64,000 bases of DNA from a virus. The position numbers were made by a program, and so were the translations under genes. Within the stretch, counting starts at the first letter, position 1. The number at the start of each line of letters is the position of its first letter. This document shows positions 1 to 9,086 of the stretch, one piece after another. The DNA is taken from IMG/VR virus record IMGVR_UViG_3300008952_000005, positions 64,001 to 128,000 of that record; one strand, written 5' to 3'. The notes below the pieces were generated by a model. The model was not told the origin of the DNA. It saw nothing but the letters and a program-made list of their open reading frames with translations, and did not search any database.

Positions 1-60
1 TAGCGTTAGCAAACCCCAAAATTTTGCGAATCTCCGAGGGTCTTTCAGTTGTTCTCATAA

Positions 61-1575
61 TTAAAAAGTTTTCATCCTATTGAGTAGTCTTCTATTCTTT
101 GCTTTATCGGCTCTTACTTCCATATTTTTATCCAATTTATTAATATCATATGTACCCCAACCTTTTATTCCATCTGCCCAACTACCTTCCTCAGCAAGAT
201 AATCAAATTTAGGTGTTTGTTTAACTGCATTGATAGTCATTTGATATTCACTCTTTTCGGAAGTATCAATATCGTGTTTTATAGAAGCAACCAAATATCG
301 TCCAGACCATTGTGGATTTAACCTTCGTGGTTTTGAATCCCCTACTGGTCTATAAAATGGCATTTCAAATTCTATCACATCTCCTGCGTGGATTAAACTA
401 TTGCCTGGCACTATCAATGACAGTAACCCTTGTTGCAATAATCCTCTTTGAGATATGGATTGTTGCGTTAAATTCTTATGACTATCCTTATCAATGGATA
501 TACCATAGGTATTTGATGTACTACATTTAAGATGAACAACGGAATCATATTCTTCTGCAATGTATTTTTTATTACCATCAAACGTTGCTTTAGGTAATGG
601 CATTGGTGTATTATAATGTGGACTACGTACATCTTTAGATTCAGTATTAAAATGGTCATACCAATCTTTAATATAATTAAATTTATTTGTCGTAATGGTT
701 TTATAAAAGGGATCAAATTCTATTAACTTACTTGAATAAGCACCGTAACTTATATTGTCCAATATATTAACTGAATCATCTAATCGCCAATCTTCAACTT
801 GGTGCATTCCTTTATGAATCTCTATCACACCAGTTCTTGGATTACGTATGTTTTTAATAGATGGACTGTACCACCATTTTGTTGGTCTAGCCGTAACTCC
901 ATCTACTGCCAATAAAGATTCAATACTTCTATAATGGAATCCTTCTGGTGTTTCAAAGAATAGATAACCTGAATTATTATATTTTTTTGATTCACTTTTC
1001 TTTCCTAATAAATTAATTGCCTGTACAGGACTACAATTAGGTATCACCATTTTAGTCTTCGTCTTTGTTGGTTCAACAAACAACCTCTTTTTACTATTAA
1101 GAAAAAACTTACTTTTAACTATATCCTCAACTCCCAATTCAGGATTACCATTATAAACCTTTGTTACCTTTCTCATTGAATCATAATATGCTTCTTTTGA
1201 GCAAAAATGTATATCGTACATCAATACTTTATTTGCTGATTGGTCTTCTTTGACTGTTTCTATTTTGTAAATGTAGAATGGATCACCTGTAGGAGCAACG
1301 GCATTTACTCCGCTAACACCTGGGGTATTAAATCTTAAATGTAATCTTTCTAAACCTGTGATAGGTAATAATGTACGTATATCATTTGCGTCATAAAGTT
1401 GTATGACACCTTCCATAAATGGATTCTCAATGTTTTCAGTTAATGATATTGTAGCAATTATACCTCTAATATCTATTCTAAATGGTTGTTCACCATCAAC
1501 CAATCTGTAAGATAATATTTCTGCTTTGGTTAAAGTATAATCACCTGGACGTATTATTCTATTATCGTTTGCCAT
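61..1575 (-). CDS. Baseplate hub protein, gp27-like (T4-like phage)
   Basis: 504 aa ORF directly downstream of gp53 in the baseplate module; resembles marine T4-like hub proteins (VIPN..P..AIN, YLFFET..GFHYRSIESL, WSGRYLV..IKH). Confidence 0.6.
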   Translation of the reverse strand: MANDNRIIRPGDYTLTKAEILSYRLVDGEQPFRIDIRGIIATISLTENIENPFMEGVIQLYDANDIRTLLPITGLERLHLRFNTPGVSGVNAVAPTGDPFYIYKIETVKEDQSANKVLMYDIHFCSKEAYYDSMRKVTKVYNGNPELGVEDIVKSKFFLNSKKRLFVEPTKTKTKMVIPNCSPVQAINLLGKKSESKKYNNSGYLFFETPEGFHYRSIESLLAVDGVTARPTKWWYSPSIKNIRNPRTGVIEIHKGMHQVEDWRLDDSVNILDNISYGAYSSKLIEFDPFYKTITTNKFNYIKDWYDHFNTESKDVRSPHYNTPMPLPKATFDGNKKYIAEEYDSVVHLKCSTSNTYGISIDKDSHKNLTQQSISQRGLLQQGLLSLIVPGNSLIHAGDVIEFEMPFYRPVGDSKPRRLNPQWSGRYLVASIKHDIDTSEKSEYQMTINAVKQTPKFDYLAEEGSWADGIKGWGTYDINKLDKNMEVRADKAKNRRLLNRMKTF

Positions 1576-1579
1576 ATCA

Positions 1580-2110
1580 TTATCTTATCAAACTTCTAAA
1601 TTCTTCAACAAAAGTTCCAACATATGTCGTATCTAATATTTTAATTAATCTTTTCTTATTCTGTATTCTCATTTCATATTCAAAATTAGTAACTGGACCT
1701 GCACCTGTGTCCGTTGAATTGCACTCTATCATATGGGAATAATCTTCAGGTCCATTACCTATTTGTCTACCACTTGATTGTACTTTTTCATAATGATGTA
1801 TTGCGCCTGGATCATCATATTTGTCATTAACAAATTCATTAAATGCAATACTAGAGAGTGGCCAATCGTAATAGATATTTGTAATATCATTTAACAATAA
1901 AATAATCCAATGATAATTTGAATTGCCATATACTTTATATGCTAAACTTTCAGGAGTTTCGCCATCTTTTACCTCATACTTATCTAACAATGGTACGTTA
2001 TCTTTTATTTTATTTTTTACTTTTATTCTTCTGAATATATCAGGCACAACCTTATAATTATTATTGCCTTTTATATCATAGACTAATTTTGGAAATTGAG
2101 CAAAATACAT
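1580..2110 (-). CDS. gp53: Baseplate wedge subunit gp53
   Basis: MYFAQFPK start, LysM-like Y.VKDGETPE.LA..VYG...YHWIILLLN, DWPLS, HHYE motifs. Confidence 0.9.
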   Translation of the reverse strand: MYFAQFPKLVYDIKGNNNYKVVPDIFRRIKVKNKIKDNVPLLDKYEVKDGETPESLAYKVYGNSNYHWIILLLNDITNIYYDWPLSSIAFNEFVNDKYDDPGAIHHYEKVQSSGRQIGNGPEDYSHMIECNSTDTGAGPVTNFEYEMRIQNKKRLIKILDTTYVGTFVEEFRSLIR

Positions 2111-2111
2111 A

Positions 2112-3350
2112 TTAGTAACCTTTTTCCATTTTATCTTTAGTCATATATTCTAATTCTTTAAATGTTAAATTTATTTGATAACTTACTGGAGAATTATCTT
2201 CAAAGAATTTAGGATTGCCGTCTGGATTATAACTAACTTCACAATCTGATAATGCACATCTTGATATTTTATTTAATTTTTCATTTACTCCATCTTTACA
2301 TAGATAATGTATTTCAAATTCAGATGGTATTCTAAACATCCTACCATAGTAATCTTCATCTGTTATTGGGTGCATATGATATTTAAATAATTTAATTATA
2401 TTTTGTACTCTATGAGATTCATCCTGGGTTCTAGGCCAAAATTTAAAACTATATTGAAATTGTCTAAATTGTGGTCCTTCATAATACATTTCTGCTCGTG
2501 GGTTGATTGCCATACCAAATGCCTTTGATGTTAATTTAAATGCGTCACCACCCCCAAAACCTGCTAAAAGTTCACCTCCTTGTTTCTTAATAAATCCTGT
2601 AGCAGCACCGATACCACCTTTGATTGCTTCACCAAACATTTCTCCAACAGTACCCGCTTTTTTCACACCTTTAATTACTTCTGCTATATCACCTGCCAGT
2701 TCAGCGTCATCTGTTTCCCAAGTTGCCTTGTATGATACCTTAACATCTGGTGGCATATACAATGCAATCGCCGAAGTTACAATCTGACCATCTGGTACTT
2801 CCGTTAATACTGTATTATCTAAAGCAACTTGTTGTACAGCATACTTAACTTTGTTAGTACCTTTTCCTTGGGTATATTGTGTTCTTAAATTAGTTGACCT
2901 TGTACTTGTATATGTGCCAATACCTGTAGTTCCAAATTTGCTGGATAACGCTGGTGAACCTATTGGTTTATTTTCTTGAGCATTATATTTAATATCACCT
3001 TCGCCAGTATCACCTGTTACAAGACCTAATGATTTTGAATATGCTAAATCCATACTTGCTTCTTTATCACTAACCATTCTATTTGTTAATGTAAAAAATA
3101 GTATGTAGTGACCTAGTTCAGCACTACCAAGGTCTGCTGGGTATTGTATGTTTTCAAACCCTAAAGGGTCTGCTGTTATACGCTCTATTGGTGTAGGTGG
3201 TATTTCAAATGGTGAGGCATTTATTTGTAGTTGTTTAGGCATTCCAGAATTATTACCACTATTCTTGTTGAGATTGAGCATTCCGCCAAGAGCGGTGTTA
3301 GTAACAAAGTTTGCTACACCATTTCTTATGAATTCTGATATTTTTGTCAT
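2112..3350 (-). CDS. gp48: Baseplate tail-tube cap gp48
   Basis: IALYMP, NPRAEMYYEGPQFRQFQYSFKFWPR..ES, PSEFEI, CAL..CEVSY motifs; next to gp53. Confidence 0.85.
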   Translation of the reverse strand: MTKISEFIRNGVANFVTNTALGGMLNLNKNSGNNSGMPKQLQINASPFEIPPTPIERITADPLGFENIQYPADLGSAELGHYILFFTLTNRMVSDKEASMDLAYSKSLGLVTGDTGEGDIKYNAQENKPIGSPALSSKFGTTGIGTYTSTRSTNLRTQYTQGKGTNKVKYAVQQVALDNTVLTEVPDGQIVTSAIALYMPPDVKVSYKATWETDDAELAGDIAEVIKGVKKAGTVGEMFGEAIKGGIGAATGFIKKQGGELLAGFGGGDAFKLTSKAFGMAINPRAEMYYEGPQFRQFQYSFKFWPRTQDESHRVQNIIKLFKYHMHPITDEDYYGRMFRIPSEFEIHYLCKDGVNEKLNKISRCALSDCEVSYNPDGNPKFFEDNSPVSYQINLTFKELEYMTKDKMEKGY

Positions 3351-3370
3351 TTGTATATTTAGGTCCTTGT

Positions 3371-3378
3371 TATAAATA
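3371..3378 (+). promoter_or_regulatory. T4-type late promoter TATAAATA for gp4
   Basis: Exact TATAAATA about 30 nt upstream of the gp4 ATG. Confidence 0.75.
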
Positions 3379-3385
3379 CTTCTAA

Positions 3386-3393
3386 TATTTATA
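3386..3393 (-). promoter_or_regulatory. T4-type late promoter TATAAATA for the gp48-gp53 operon
   Basis: Exact TATAAATA on the minus strand, face to face with the gp4 promoter. Confidence 0.75.
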
Positions 3394-3410
3394 TGATTTA
3401 TAGGTAATAT

Positions 3411-3845
3411 ATGAGAAAGAGTTACAAAGGAATTTACAGACCAACGTACCCTAGAAAGTATGTAGGCAACCCTAATATGATAGTGTATAGGTCACTATTA
3501 GAGCGTAGGTTTATGCACTATTGCGACCAAAATCCTGATGTTTTAGTTTGGGCAAGTGAAGAGTTACCTATCAGATACTATAATCCATTAGACAAGAAAT
3601 TTCATAGATACTTTCCAGACTTTATCATTAAAACAATAAAGAATAAAAAGTATATGATTGAAATTAAACCATCAAGACAAACTGTTAAACCTAAAAAACC
3701 TAAAATAAAGACAAAAGCATTTATGCGTGAGTCATTTAACTACATTAAAAATAAGGCAAAATGGCAAGCAGCCAGAGCATATTGTGTAAATAATAATATG
3801 GAGTTTAAGTTACTTACTGAAAAGAATTTAGGTCTTAAATACTAA
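3411..3845 (+). CDS. gp4: Head completion nuclease gp4
   Basis: YKGIYRP.YP.KYVG, YRSLLERRFM, WASEEL.I.Y, HRYFPDF, EIKP, KW.AA motifs. Confidence 0.92.
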   Translation: MRKSYKGIYRPTYPRKYVGNPNMIVYRSLLERRFMHYCDQNPDVLVWASEELPIRYYNPLDKKFHRYFPDFIIKTIKNKKYMIEIKPSRQTVKPKKPKIKTKAFMRESFNYIKNKAKWQAARAYCVNNNMEFKLLTEKNLGLKY

Positions 3846-4143
3846 ATGATGTGCCACAACCACAAGAGGATTTGGCTTTAGGGTTATTGAATACAAAATT
3901 AGAACCAAATAAATCGTTTTTATAATCTAATTGCATACCTAATAGATACATTTCATATACTTTATCTACTAATAATATACCATCAACAAGAATATCATCT
4001 GGTTTAGATTCATTTTCAAACGACCAATCATACCCAAACCCAGCACAACCACCACCCTTTACAGATAGTCTAACAAATACTTTTCTATTTGTATTGGTTA
4101 ATTCTGTTAATCTATTTTTTGCGTTTTCTAGTATTGTTATCAT
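3835..4143 (-). CDS. iscA: Fe-S cluster assembly A-type carrier (HesB/IscA/SufA family)
   Basis: VKGGGCAGFGY and C-terminal NP.AKSSCGCGTSF with three conserved Cys. Confidence 0.92.
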   Translation of the reverse strand: MITILENAKNRLTELTNTNRKVFVRLSVKGGGCAGFGYDWSFENESKPDDILVDGILLVDKVYEMYLLGMQLDYKNDLFGSNFVFNNPKAKSSCGCGTSFSI

Positions 4144-6138
4144 TTAATAGGCACCAACCTGGCGCATAGATGGTGGTAGCAAAGAATTTGGTTTATTAAC
4201 ATCTGGTTGATGTCTACCTGTTCCAAAAATAGTACCTGTATAATTTACTACATTATTTTTCTTTGCATTACTTTGATTAACAATAGTAGAGGCATCAATA
4301 TTTTGTGGATAACTTCGGTTGTTCTCCATCAACTTCCACTTTCTACCTATTTTTTCAATTTGTACATTTAACGACTGATAATAAAGAGTTAAAAAATCTT
4401 CTAGTCCTAACAATTTAATTTGTTTCTCATAATCAAAGTCCTTACCAAGTCGCATACCTACATCACGGTCTAACTCTTTTTTCAATATCCTCATAGTATG
4501 CATTTCTTGTTCCATCGCTTGTAATTTTTCCCAATTCTCGGGACTCATAGTCGCCTTTAGACTATATGGAGCAGCTTCTCCTTCTTTTATACCGTGTTTA
4601 TATCCTAAATCACTTAAAAATTTCATTCTTTCTGCTTCCAAACCTGCCAAACCTGAAATTGATTCATATCTTGGCATAAAATTCATTTTCCTTAAAACTT
4701 CCATTTCATCCGATGAACCTTCTGTCTTCCCTTGTATAATATCATTTACATAGGATGCTGTCTTTTTCTGATTTTGCTGATTTTCTGTATGTATTTCCAT
4801 ACTCATTTTTTGGATTTGATTCTTATGAGCACTCAATAATTTTGAAAATTCAGCACTTTTTTCAGGACCAAATGCTTGTGATTGTATCAAATATTCCATA
4901 TCATTTAAAAAATCCATATGTTCGGAAGCTCTATGTTTATCTGATAGAACATCTTTCAATCCTTTATTTGATAAGTTAAGAAGATTATCAGCAATACCTT
5001 CTATAATCATTGCATTTCTAGGGTCTACTTCTTTTTTCTTTTTAATATTAGATACCATATCACCACTTGTTATATTCGCTTTTTGCATATCGGTTAAATC
5101 AATGCCTACGGTACCTGCTAATGATGGAAACATCCTAGCAAACCAATGTGATTTTTGTTCTTTTAATCTCTTCTCAAATTCATCTTGAGTCAACTTACCA
5201 AATTCATCTAAATCATCAAGTACAGATATTTTATACTCACCTATTTTACCAGCCAACCATTTTATTCCTACACCTAATGCGACACCAATTCCAACTGTTA
5301 ACACAACTGGCCAAGCGGCAAGCATACCACCTAATGTTGCAATTGCACCACCTTTCGCCCCAACCATTGTTAATATTGAACCTATACCAAATGTGGCAGC
5401 AACACCTGACAAAGAGGCAGCACCCCAATCAAAACCAGATACGTCTTTAAAATTTTTCTTACCAGTTAAATATTCTATTACACTAAACATACCTGTAGCA
5501 GCAACTGCTATCAACGCACCTGGTAAAGTTCTTGTCATCATAAATCCAAATATACTCATAGGTATATATTTACTAAATGCTTGTTCAGTCATTGAGCCTT
5601 CTTCTGCACCTATCTTTTTAACTATTGCGTCACCTATCATCTTGGCAACTATAGCATAGAACCCACCTCTTAATAATGTACCACCAAATTTAACTAAAAA
5701 TGCTTTGGCAGTTGTCATCCAACTACCAACACCAGTAATAAAGAGAGCAGATAAAAATGGATTTTTAGCAATCCATCCTAATAAACCTCCACCTTCGTTA
5801 TCACCTACTTCCCCAGCAGTTTCATCTATAGATTTACCAGTTCCACCTTTAAATTTAGCTTTTTTAAATTGGTCTTTTCTTTCTTCTCTTAATCTCCTAG
5901 CCTCATTTTCATCAAATTTTAATTGAGCAGCAAGCACTTCCCAAATTTCAGTTAGTTTCTCTACTGCTGTGGTCTGTAATTTTTTGATATTGTCTAGTAT
6001 GCCTGTGGCACCTTCTGATTGTGTATCAGTAGTTGCTTTAGCAGTTCCTCTCAACCCAATAAGAGTTGCGCCTACTTTAGATTGTATATTATTTGCTATT
6101 AACTCTACGTTATCAGCAACTACTACCGATTCTGCCAT
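4144..6138 (-). CDS. Probable baseplate hub / tail length tape-measure protein (gp29-like)
   Basis: 664 aa, coiled-coil N-terminus, Gly/Ala-rich hydrophobic middle, helical C-terminus; position in the baseplate module. Confidence 0.5.
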   Translation of the reverse strand: MAESVVVADNVELIANNIQSKVGATLIGLRGTAKATTDTQSEGATGILDNIKKLQTTAVEKLTEIWEVLAAQLKFDENEARRLREERKDQFKKAKFKGGTGKSIDETAGEVGDNEGGGLLGWIAKNPFLSALFITGVGSWMTTAKAFLVKFGGTLLRGGFYAIVAKMIGDAIVKKIGAEEGSMTEQAFSKYIPMSIFGFMMTRTLPGALIAVAATGMFSVIEYLTGKKNFKDVSGFDWGAASLSGVAATFGIGSILTMVGAKGGAIATLGGMLAAWPVVLTVGIGVALGVGIKWLAGKIGEYKISVLDDLDEFGKLTQDEFEKRLKEQKSHWFARMFPSLAGTVGIDLTDMQKANITSGDMVSNIKKKKEVDPRNAMIIEGIADNLLNLSNKGLKDVLSDKHRASEHMDFLNDMEYLIQSQAFGPEKSAEFSKLLSAHKNQIQKMSMEIHTENQQNQKKTASYVNDIIQGKTEGSSDEMEVLRKMNFMPRYESISGLAGLEAERMKFLSDLGYKHGIKEGEAAPYSLKATMSPENWEKLQAMEQEMHTMRILKKELDRDVGMRLGKDFDYEKQIKLLGLEDFLTLYYQSLNVQIEKIGRKWKLMENNRSYPQNIDASTIVNQSNAKKNNVVNYTGTIFGTGRHQPDVNKPNSLLPPSMRQVGAY

Positions 6139-6149
6139 TGATTATCCTA

Positions 6150-6290
6150 TTAGATACTATCCATTATTGCTTTAACAAAGTCAGCATTTGCTTTCTTTGT
6201 TTTATCACAAATAGTTCCTGCTGTATTAACAGTTTCATTACATAGTTCTTTTGAAACTTCAATACACCATCTTTTTATTGCGTTTATCAT
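6150..6290 (-). CDS. Small hypothetical protein (46 aa, MINAIKRWC...)
   Basis: Translated by hand; fills the gap and overlaps the upstream stop (TAATG). Confidence 0.55.
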   Translation of the reverse strand: MINAIKRWCIEVSKELCNETVNTAGTICDKTKKANADFVKAIMDSI

Positions 6291-6778
6291 TATTCGTCCT
6301 TCTTATGTTTGCCTAGAATTTCTACAATTTCCCACGAACCATCATTATAATGATGTACTCTTGCGTCAACTAAATCACACATAAATGCTAAACTTTCTCC
6401 GTCTATCTTGTAAGTGATACCATTTATTTCTACACTATCTGTTTCTTCAGATTTGTTTCTCCACTTTTTCTCTACTTCTCTTTTAGTCTTTAAGCAATCG
6501 GACATACTATTTGCACCTTTATGGTCAATTAATGAACCATCTGCAAATACACATACTGCAAATACTACTTCTGGTTTATTGTGTTCGTGGTCAGCACCTT
6601 CTACTGGACAAATTTGGTGTCCATCATCTCCGCAACCTGTACAATCTGCATTGGCTCTTGTACTATGCAATACTACACCAAATACTATTGCAATTAAAAA
6701 TAAACCTGCTAAAATCTTTAATAACCATTTAGTATCACCGTTTCTAAATCCTATCATATCGTATAATTTTTTAAACAT
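6290..6778 (-). CDS. Exported/membrane-anchored hypothetical protein with Cys/His-rich motif
   Basis: Likely start MFKKLY (SD GGGAG); N-terminal hydrophobic helix, then DCTGCGDDGHQICP..HEH. Confidence 0.65.
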   Translation of the reverse strand: MFKKLYDMIGFRNGDTKWLLKILAGLFLIAIVFGVVLHSTRANADCTGCGDDGHQICPVEGADHEHNKPEVVFAVCVFADGSLIDHKGANSMSDCLKTKREVEKKWRNKSEETDSVEINGITYKIDGESLAFMCDLVDARVHHYNDGSWEIVEILGKHKKDE

Positions 6779-6786
6779 AGTTCTCC

Positions 6787-7821
6787 CTATCTTATTGGTG
6801 GTACGTACATTACGCCACCGTTTTTCCAAAGATTATTTAATCCTCGTTCTAATGCAAGTGGAGTATTAGGTCCTACATTTCTCTCAAATGATTCCCCATA
6901 GTTTCCTACTTGTTTGATAATATTATAACCAAATTTCATACCAAGTCCTAACATAGGACCGATATAACCTTCAACACCTAATATTCTTTTAACTTCTTTA
7001 TTCTTTGAAGTTAACATTAAATCTACATTGTACATTGTAATACCTGCCTCTTCAGCATTTATCATAATGAAATGTGTCCATCTTATTACATCTTCCCACT
7101 CTTGGTCGCCTTGTCTTACAAGTGGACCTAATGGTTCTTTAGATATAATTTCAGGTAATACTAACCATTTACTAGGGTCTTCTGCACCTGCTCTAGCACT
7201 TGCTAAACCAGAAGCGTCTGTTGTGAATACATCACAATCACCATTAAATAGTTTTGCCTTTGCGTCTTTATTACCTTCAACATATACTGGCACATATGCC
7301 ATATTTTGTTCTGCAAAGTAATCATTTAAATTTAATTCACTTGTAGTTTCTTTTGTAATACATACATACGCACCATCTAATTCTGTAGCGGTTTTAATAT
7401 CTAAATCAGTAGGTATCAAGAATCCTTGTCCATCATAATAGTTAACACCTGCAAATTCAAACATCAAGTTAACATCACGACTAATTGTCCACGTTGTATT
7501 TCTTGCAAGTACATCAATATTGCCAGACGCCAATGTTGGAAATCTTTGACTAGCATTTAATCCTACAAATTCTACTTTACTTGCGTCACCAAATATACCA
7601 GCGGCAACTGCCTTACAGAAATCTACATCTAAACCACTCCAGTTTCCTGCGTCATCTTGAGCAGAAAATCCTGGTAGACCTGCATTAACTCCACAAATAA
7701 CATAACCTCTTTCTTGTACGGTTTTTAAGAGACCGACTTCTTGTTCTATTTTAATACTCTTTGTTGTATTACAACCTACTAAAAATAGAGCAACTAATAA
7801 ACTCATTAATATTTTTTTCAT
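6787..7821 (-). CDS. aapJ: General L-amino acid ABC transporter substrate-binding lipoprotein (AapJ/BztA family)
   Basis: Lipobox LVGC; CGVNAGLPGFS, G.DVDFCKAVAA, RF..L.SG.IDVL.RNTTWT.SRD, YYDGQGF, DAS.LA, IISKEPLGPLVRQGD, VGNYGE.FERNVG, W.NGG.MY.PPIR. Confidence 0.93.
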   Translation of the reverse strand: MKKILMSLLVALFLVGCNTTKSIKIEQEVGLLKTVQERGYVICGVNAGLPGFSAQDDAGNWSGLDVDFCKAVAAGIFGDASKVEFVGLNASQRFPTLASGNIDVLARNTTWTISRDVNLMFEFAGVNYYDGQGFLIPTDLDIKTATELDGAYVCITKETTSELNLNDYFAEQNMAYVPVYVEGNKDAKAKLFNGDCDVFTTDASGLASARAGAEDPSKWLVLPEIISKEPLGPLVRQGDQEWEDVIRWTHFIMINAEEAGITMYNVDLMLTSKNKEVKRILGVEGYIGPMLGLGMKFGYNIIKQVGNYGESFERNVGPNTPLALERGLNNLWKNGGVMYVPPIR

Positions 7822-7831
7822 ATCATCTATC

Positions 7832-8131
7832 CTATTGCGTTAATACTTTAGTCTTTTTTTCTTTTTTCTTTTCTGTTAAAGACTTCGCCGTGCCACCTAG
7901 TTTTAAACTACCAGATTGGTCAGGCATTTTGTTTTTTATACTGACAATGTTGCCATCTTTATCTATTTCTGCCATAGATGGTCCACAAATAACTCTACGA
8001 CCATCTTTCATTTTTTCTATTTTTCTTTTGTCTTTAAGACAATCCATCAGTCCATCATACTTAACAAATTCGCTTGAAGTATTGGTCACAATAAACATTG
8101 TGATGATGGTCACTAGTGTTGTTGCGTCCAT
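7832..8131 (-). CDS. Hypothetical exported protein
   Basis: 99 aa, hydrophobic N-terminus, two Cys, tight gene packing. Confidence 0.6.
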   Translation of the reverse strand: MDATTLVTIITMFIVTNTSSEFVKYDGLMDCLKDKRKIEKMKDGRRVICGPSMAEIDKDGNIVSIKNKMPDQSGSLKLGGTAKSLTEKKKEKKTKVLTQ

Positions 8132-8134
8132 ATC

Positions 8135-8587
8135 TTATCCTCCTGTATTTCCGTTTTTGACACTTCTTATTTTGTCCTTTAATTTCTCTACGTCTGCTAG
8201 AACCTTCTCCATATCTTTCTGCAACCTCTCAATGTTAACTGCATTGTTCATCATATTCTGTAAATCTTTTTGGATTTGTTCTACTTGTCCACTTAAAAAT
8301 TCAATCAACATAAATTGCTCGGAATCAGCAGGCGGTGAACCTAAATCACCTCTCGGCCACTTGATCCTAAATTCGTTGTTCTTCTCTATATCAGCAACTA
8401 GAGCTGTTTCTGCTTGTGTTAAATCTTTTTCTAATAATGTTGTATTAGTTTCCAATTTATTCAATCGCTCAATCACACCGAAATATGCCCACACGCCAAC
8501 GGCAACGGCACCGATTATAGCAATTAAGTTCTTCATAGGCATACTTACTGCCGTTTGGTCTGATATATCTAATCTATTTTTTGCCAT
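8135..8587 (-). CDS. Hypothetical membrane-anchored coiled-coil protein
   Basis: One TM segment (LIAIIGAVAVGVWAYFGVI) followed by heptad repeats. Confidence 0.7.
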   Translation of the reverse strand: MAKNRLDISDQTAVSMPMKNLIAIIGAVAVGVWAYFGVIERLNKLETNTTLLEKDLTQAETALVADIEKNNEFRIKWPRGDLGSPPADSEQFMLIEFLSGQVEQIQKDLQNMMNNAVNIERLQKDMEKVLADVEKLKDKIRSVKNGNTGG

Positions 8588-8589
8588 AA

Positions 8590-8910
8590 CTATTTCTTTT
8601 TAGGTAACTTCGCACCTGGTTTGCCAACATATAATCCAAAGAAGGCAGCACCAGCACCAACTATAGTTGATATGTACATTGCCTGTGAATTGGTTGGGTC
8701 TGGTAATTGCATAAACCAAGTTACTGATTTATAGAAGGCATAGATATATGCCAACATTACCATTCTAGGTATAACCCTAAATTTGTCTAATAGACCTGCT
8801 GTCTTATTATACCAAGTAGCAGCGTCTTCTCCTTCATCAGGAACAAGGTCGCTTTTCTTTAGTTCATACTCTTCAGTTGTCTTTTTTACTTTTATTAAAT
8901 CGTCTGCCAT
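8590..8910 (-). CDS. Small two-TM membrane protein, holin-like
   Basis: Two hydrophobic segments, basic C-terminal tail, SD GAGG. Confidence 0.55.
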   Translation of the reverse strand: MADDLIKVKKTTEEYELKKSDLVPDEGEDAATWYNKTAGLLDKFRVIPRMVMLAYIYAFYKSVTWFMQLPDPTNSQAMYISTIVGAGAAFFGLYVGKPGAKLPKKK

Positions 8911-8922
8911 ATAATTCCTCTA

Positions 8923-9072
8923 CTATTTACCTGCGTTTCTCAACGCCATCTTATCATTTTCTTGTTTTATATAGTTTGATAACAAATTCACATATATTTC
9001 CCTCTCCCAAGGCAGCATAAGTTCTAGTTCAGATAATGAATATTTATGATGTTGCATTAATGCAAAATTCAC
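8923..9072 (-). CDS. gp51: Baseplate hub assembly catalyst gp51-like (possibly made as a -1 frameshift fusion with gp26)
   Basis: Hand translation VNFALMQHHKYSLSELELMLPWEREIYVNLL, typical of marine T4-like gp51; not in the supplied ORF track. Confidence 0.8.
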   Translation of the reverse strand: MNFALMQHHKYSLSELELMLPWEREIYVNLLSNYIKQENDKMALRNAGK

Positions 9073-9086
9073 TTGATAGTAATTCT

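Noticed and set aside
1-58. Possible start of a next gene (MRTTERPSEIRK...)
   Set aside because: Only 19 codons are visible at the window edge; cannot be identified
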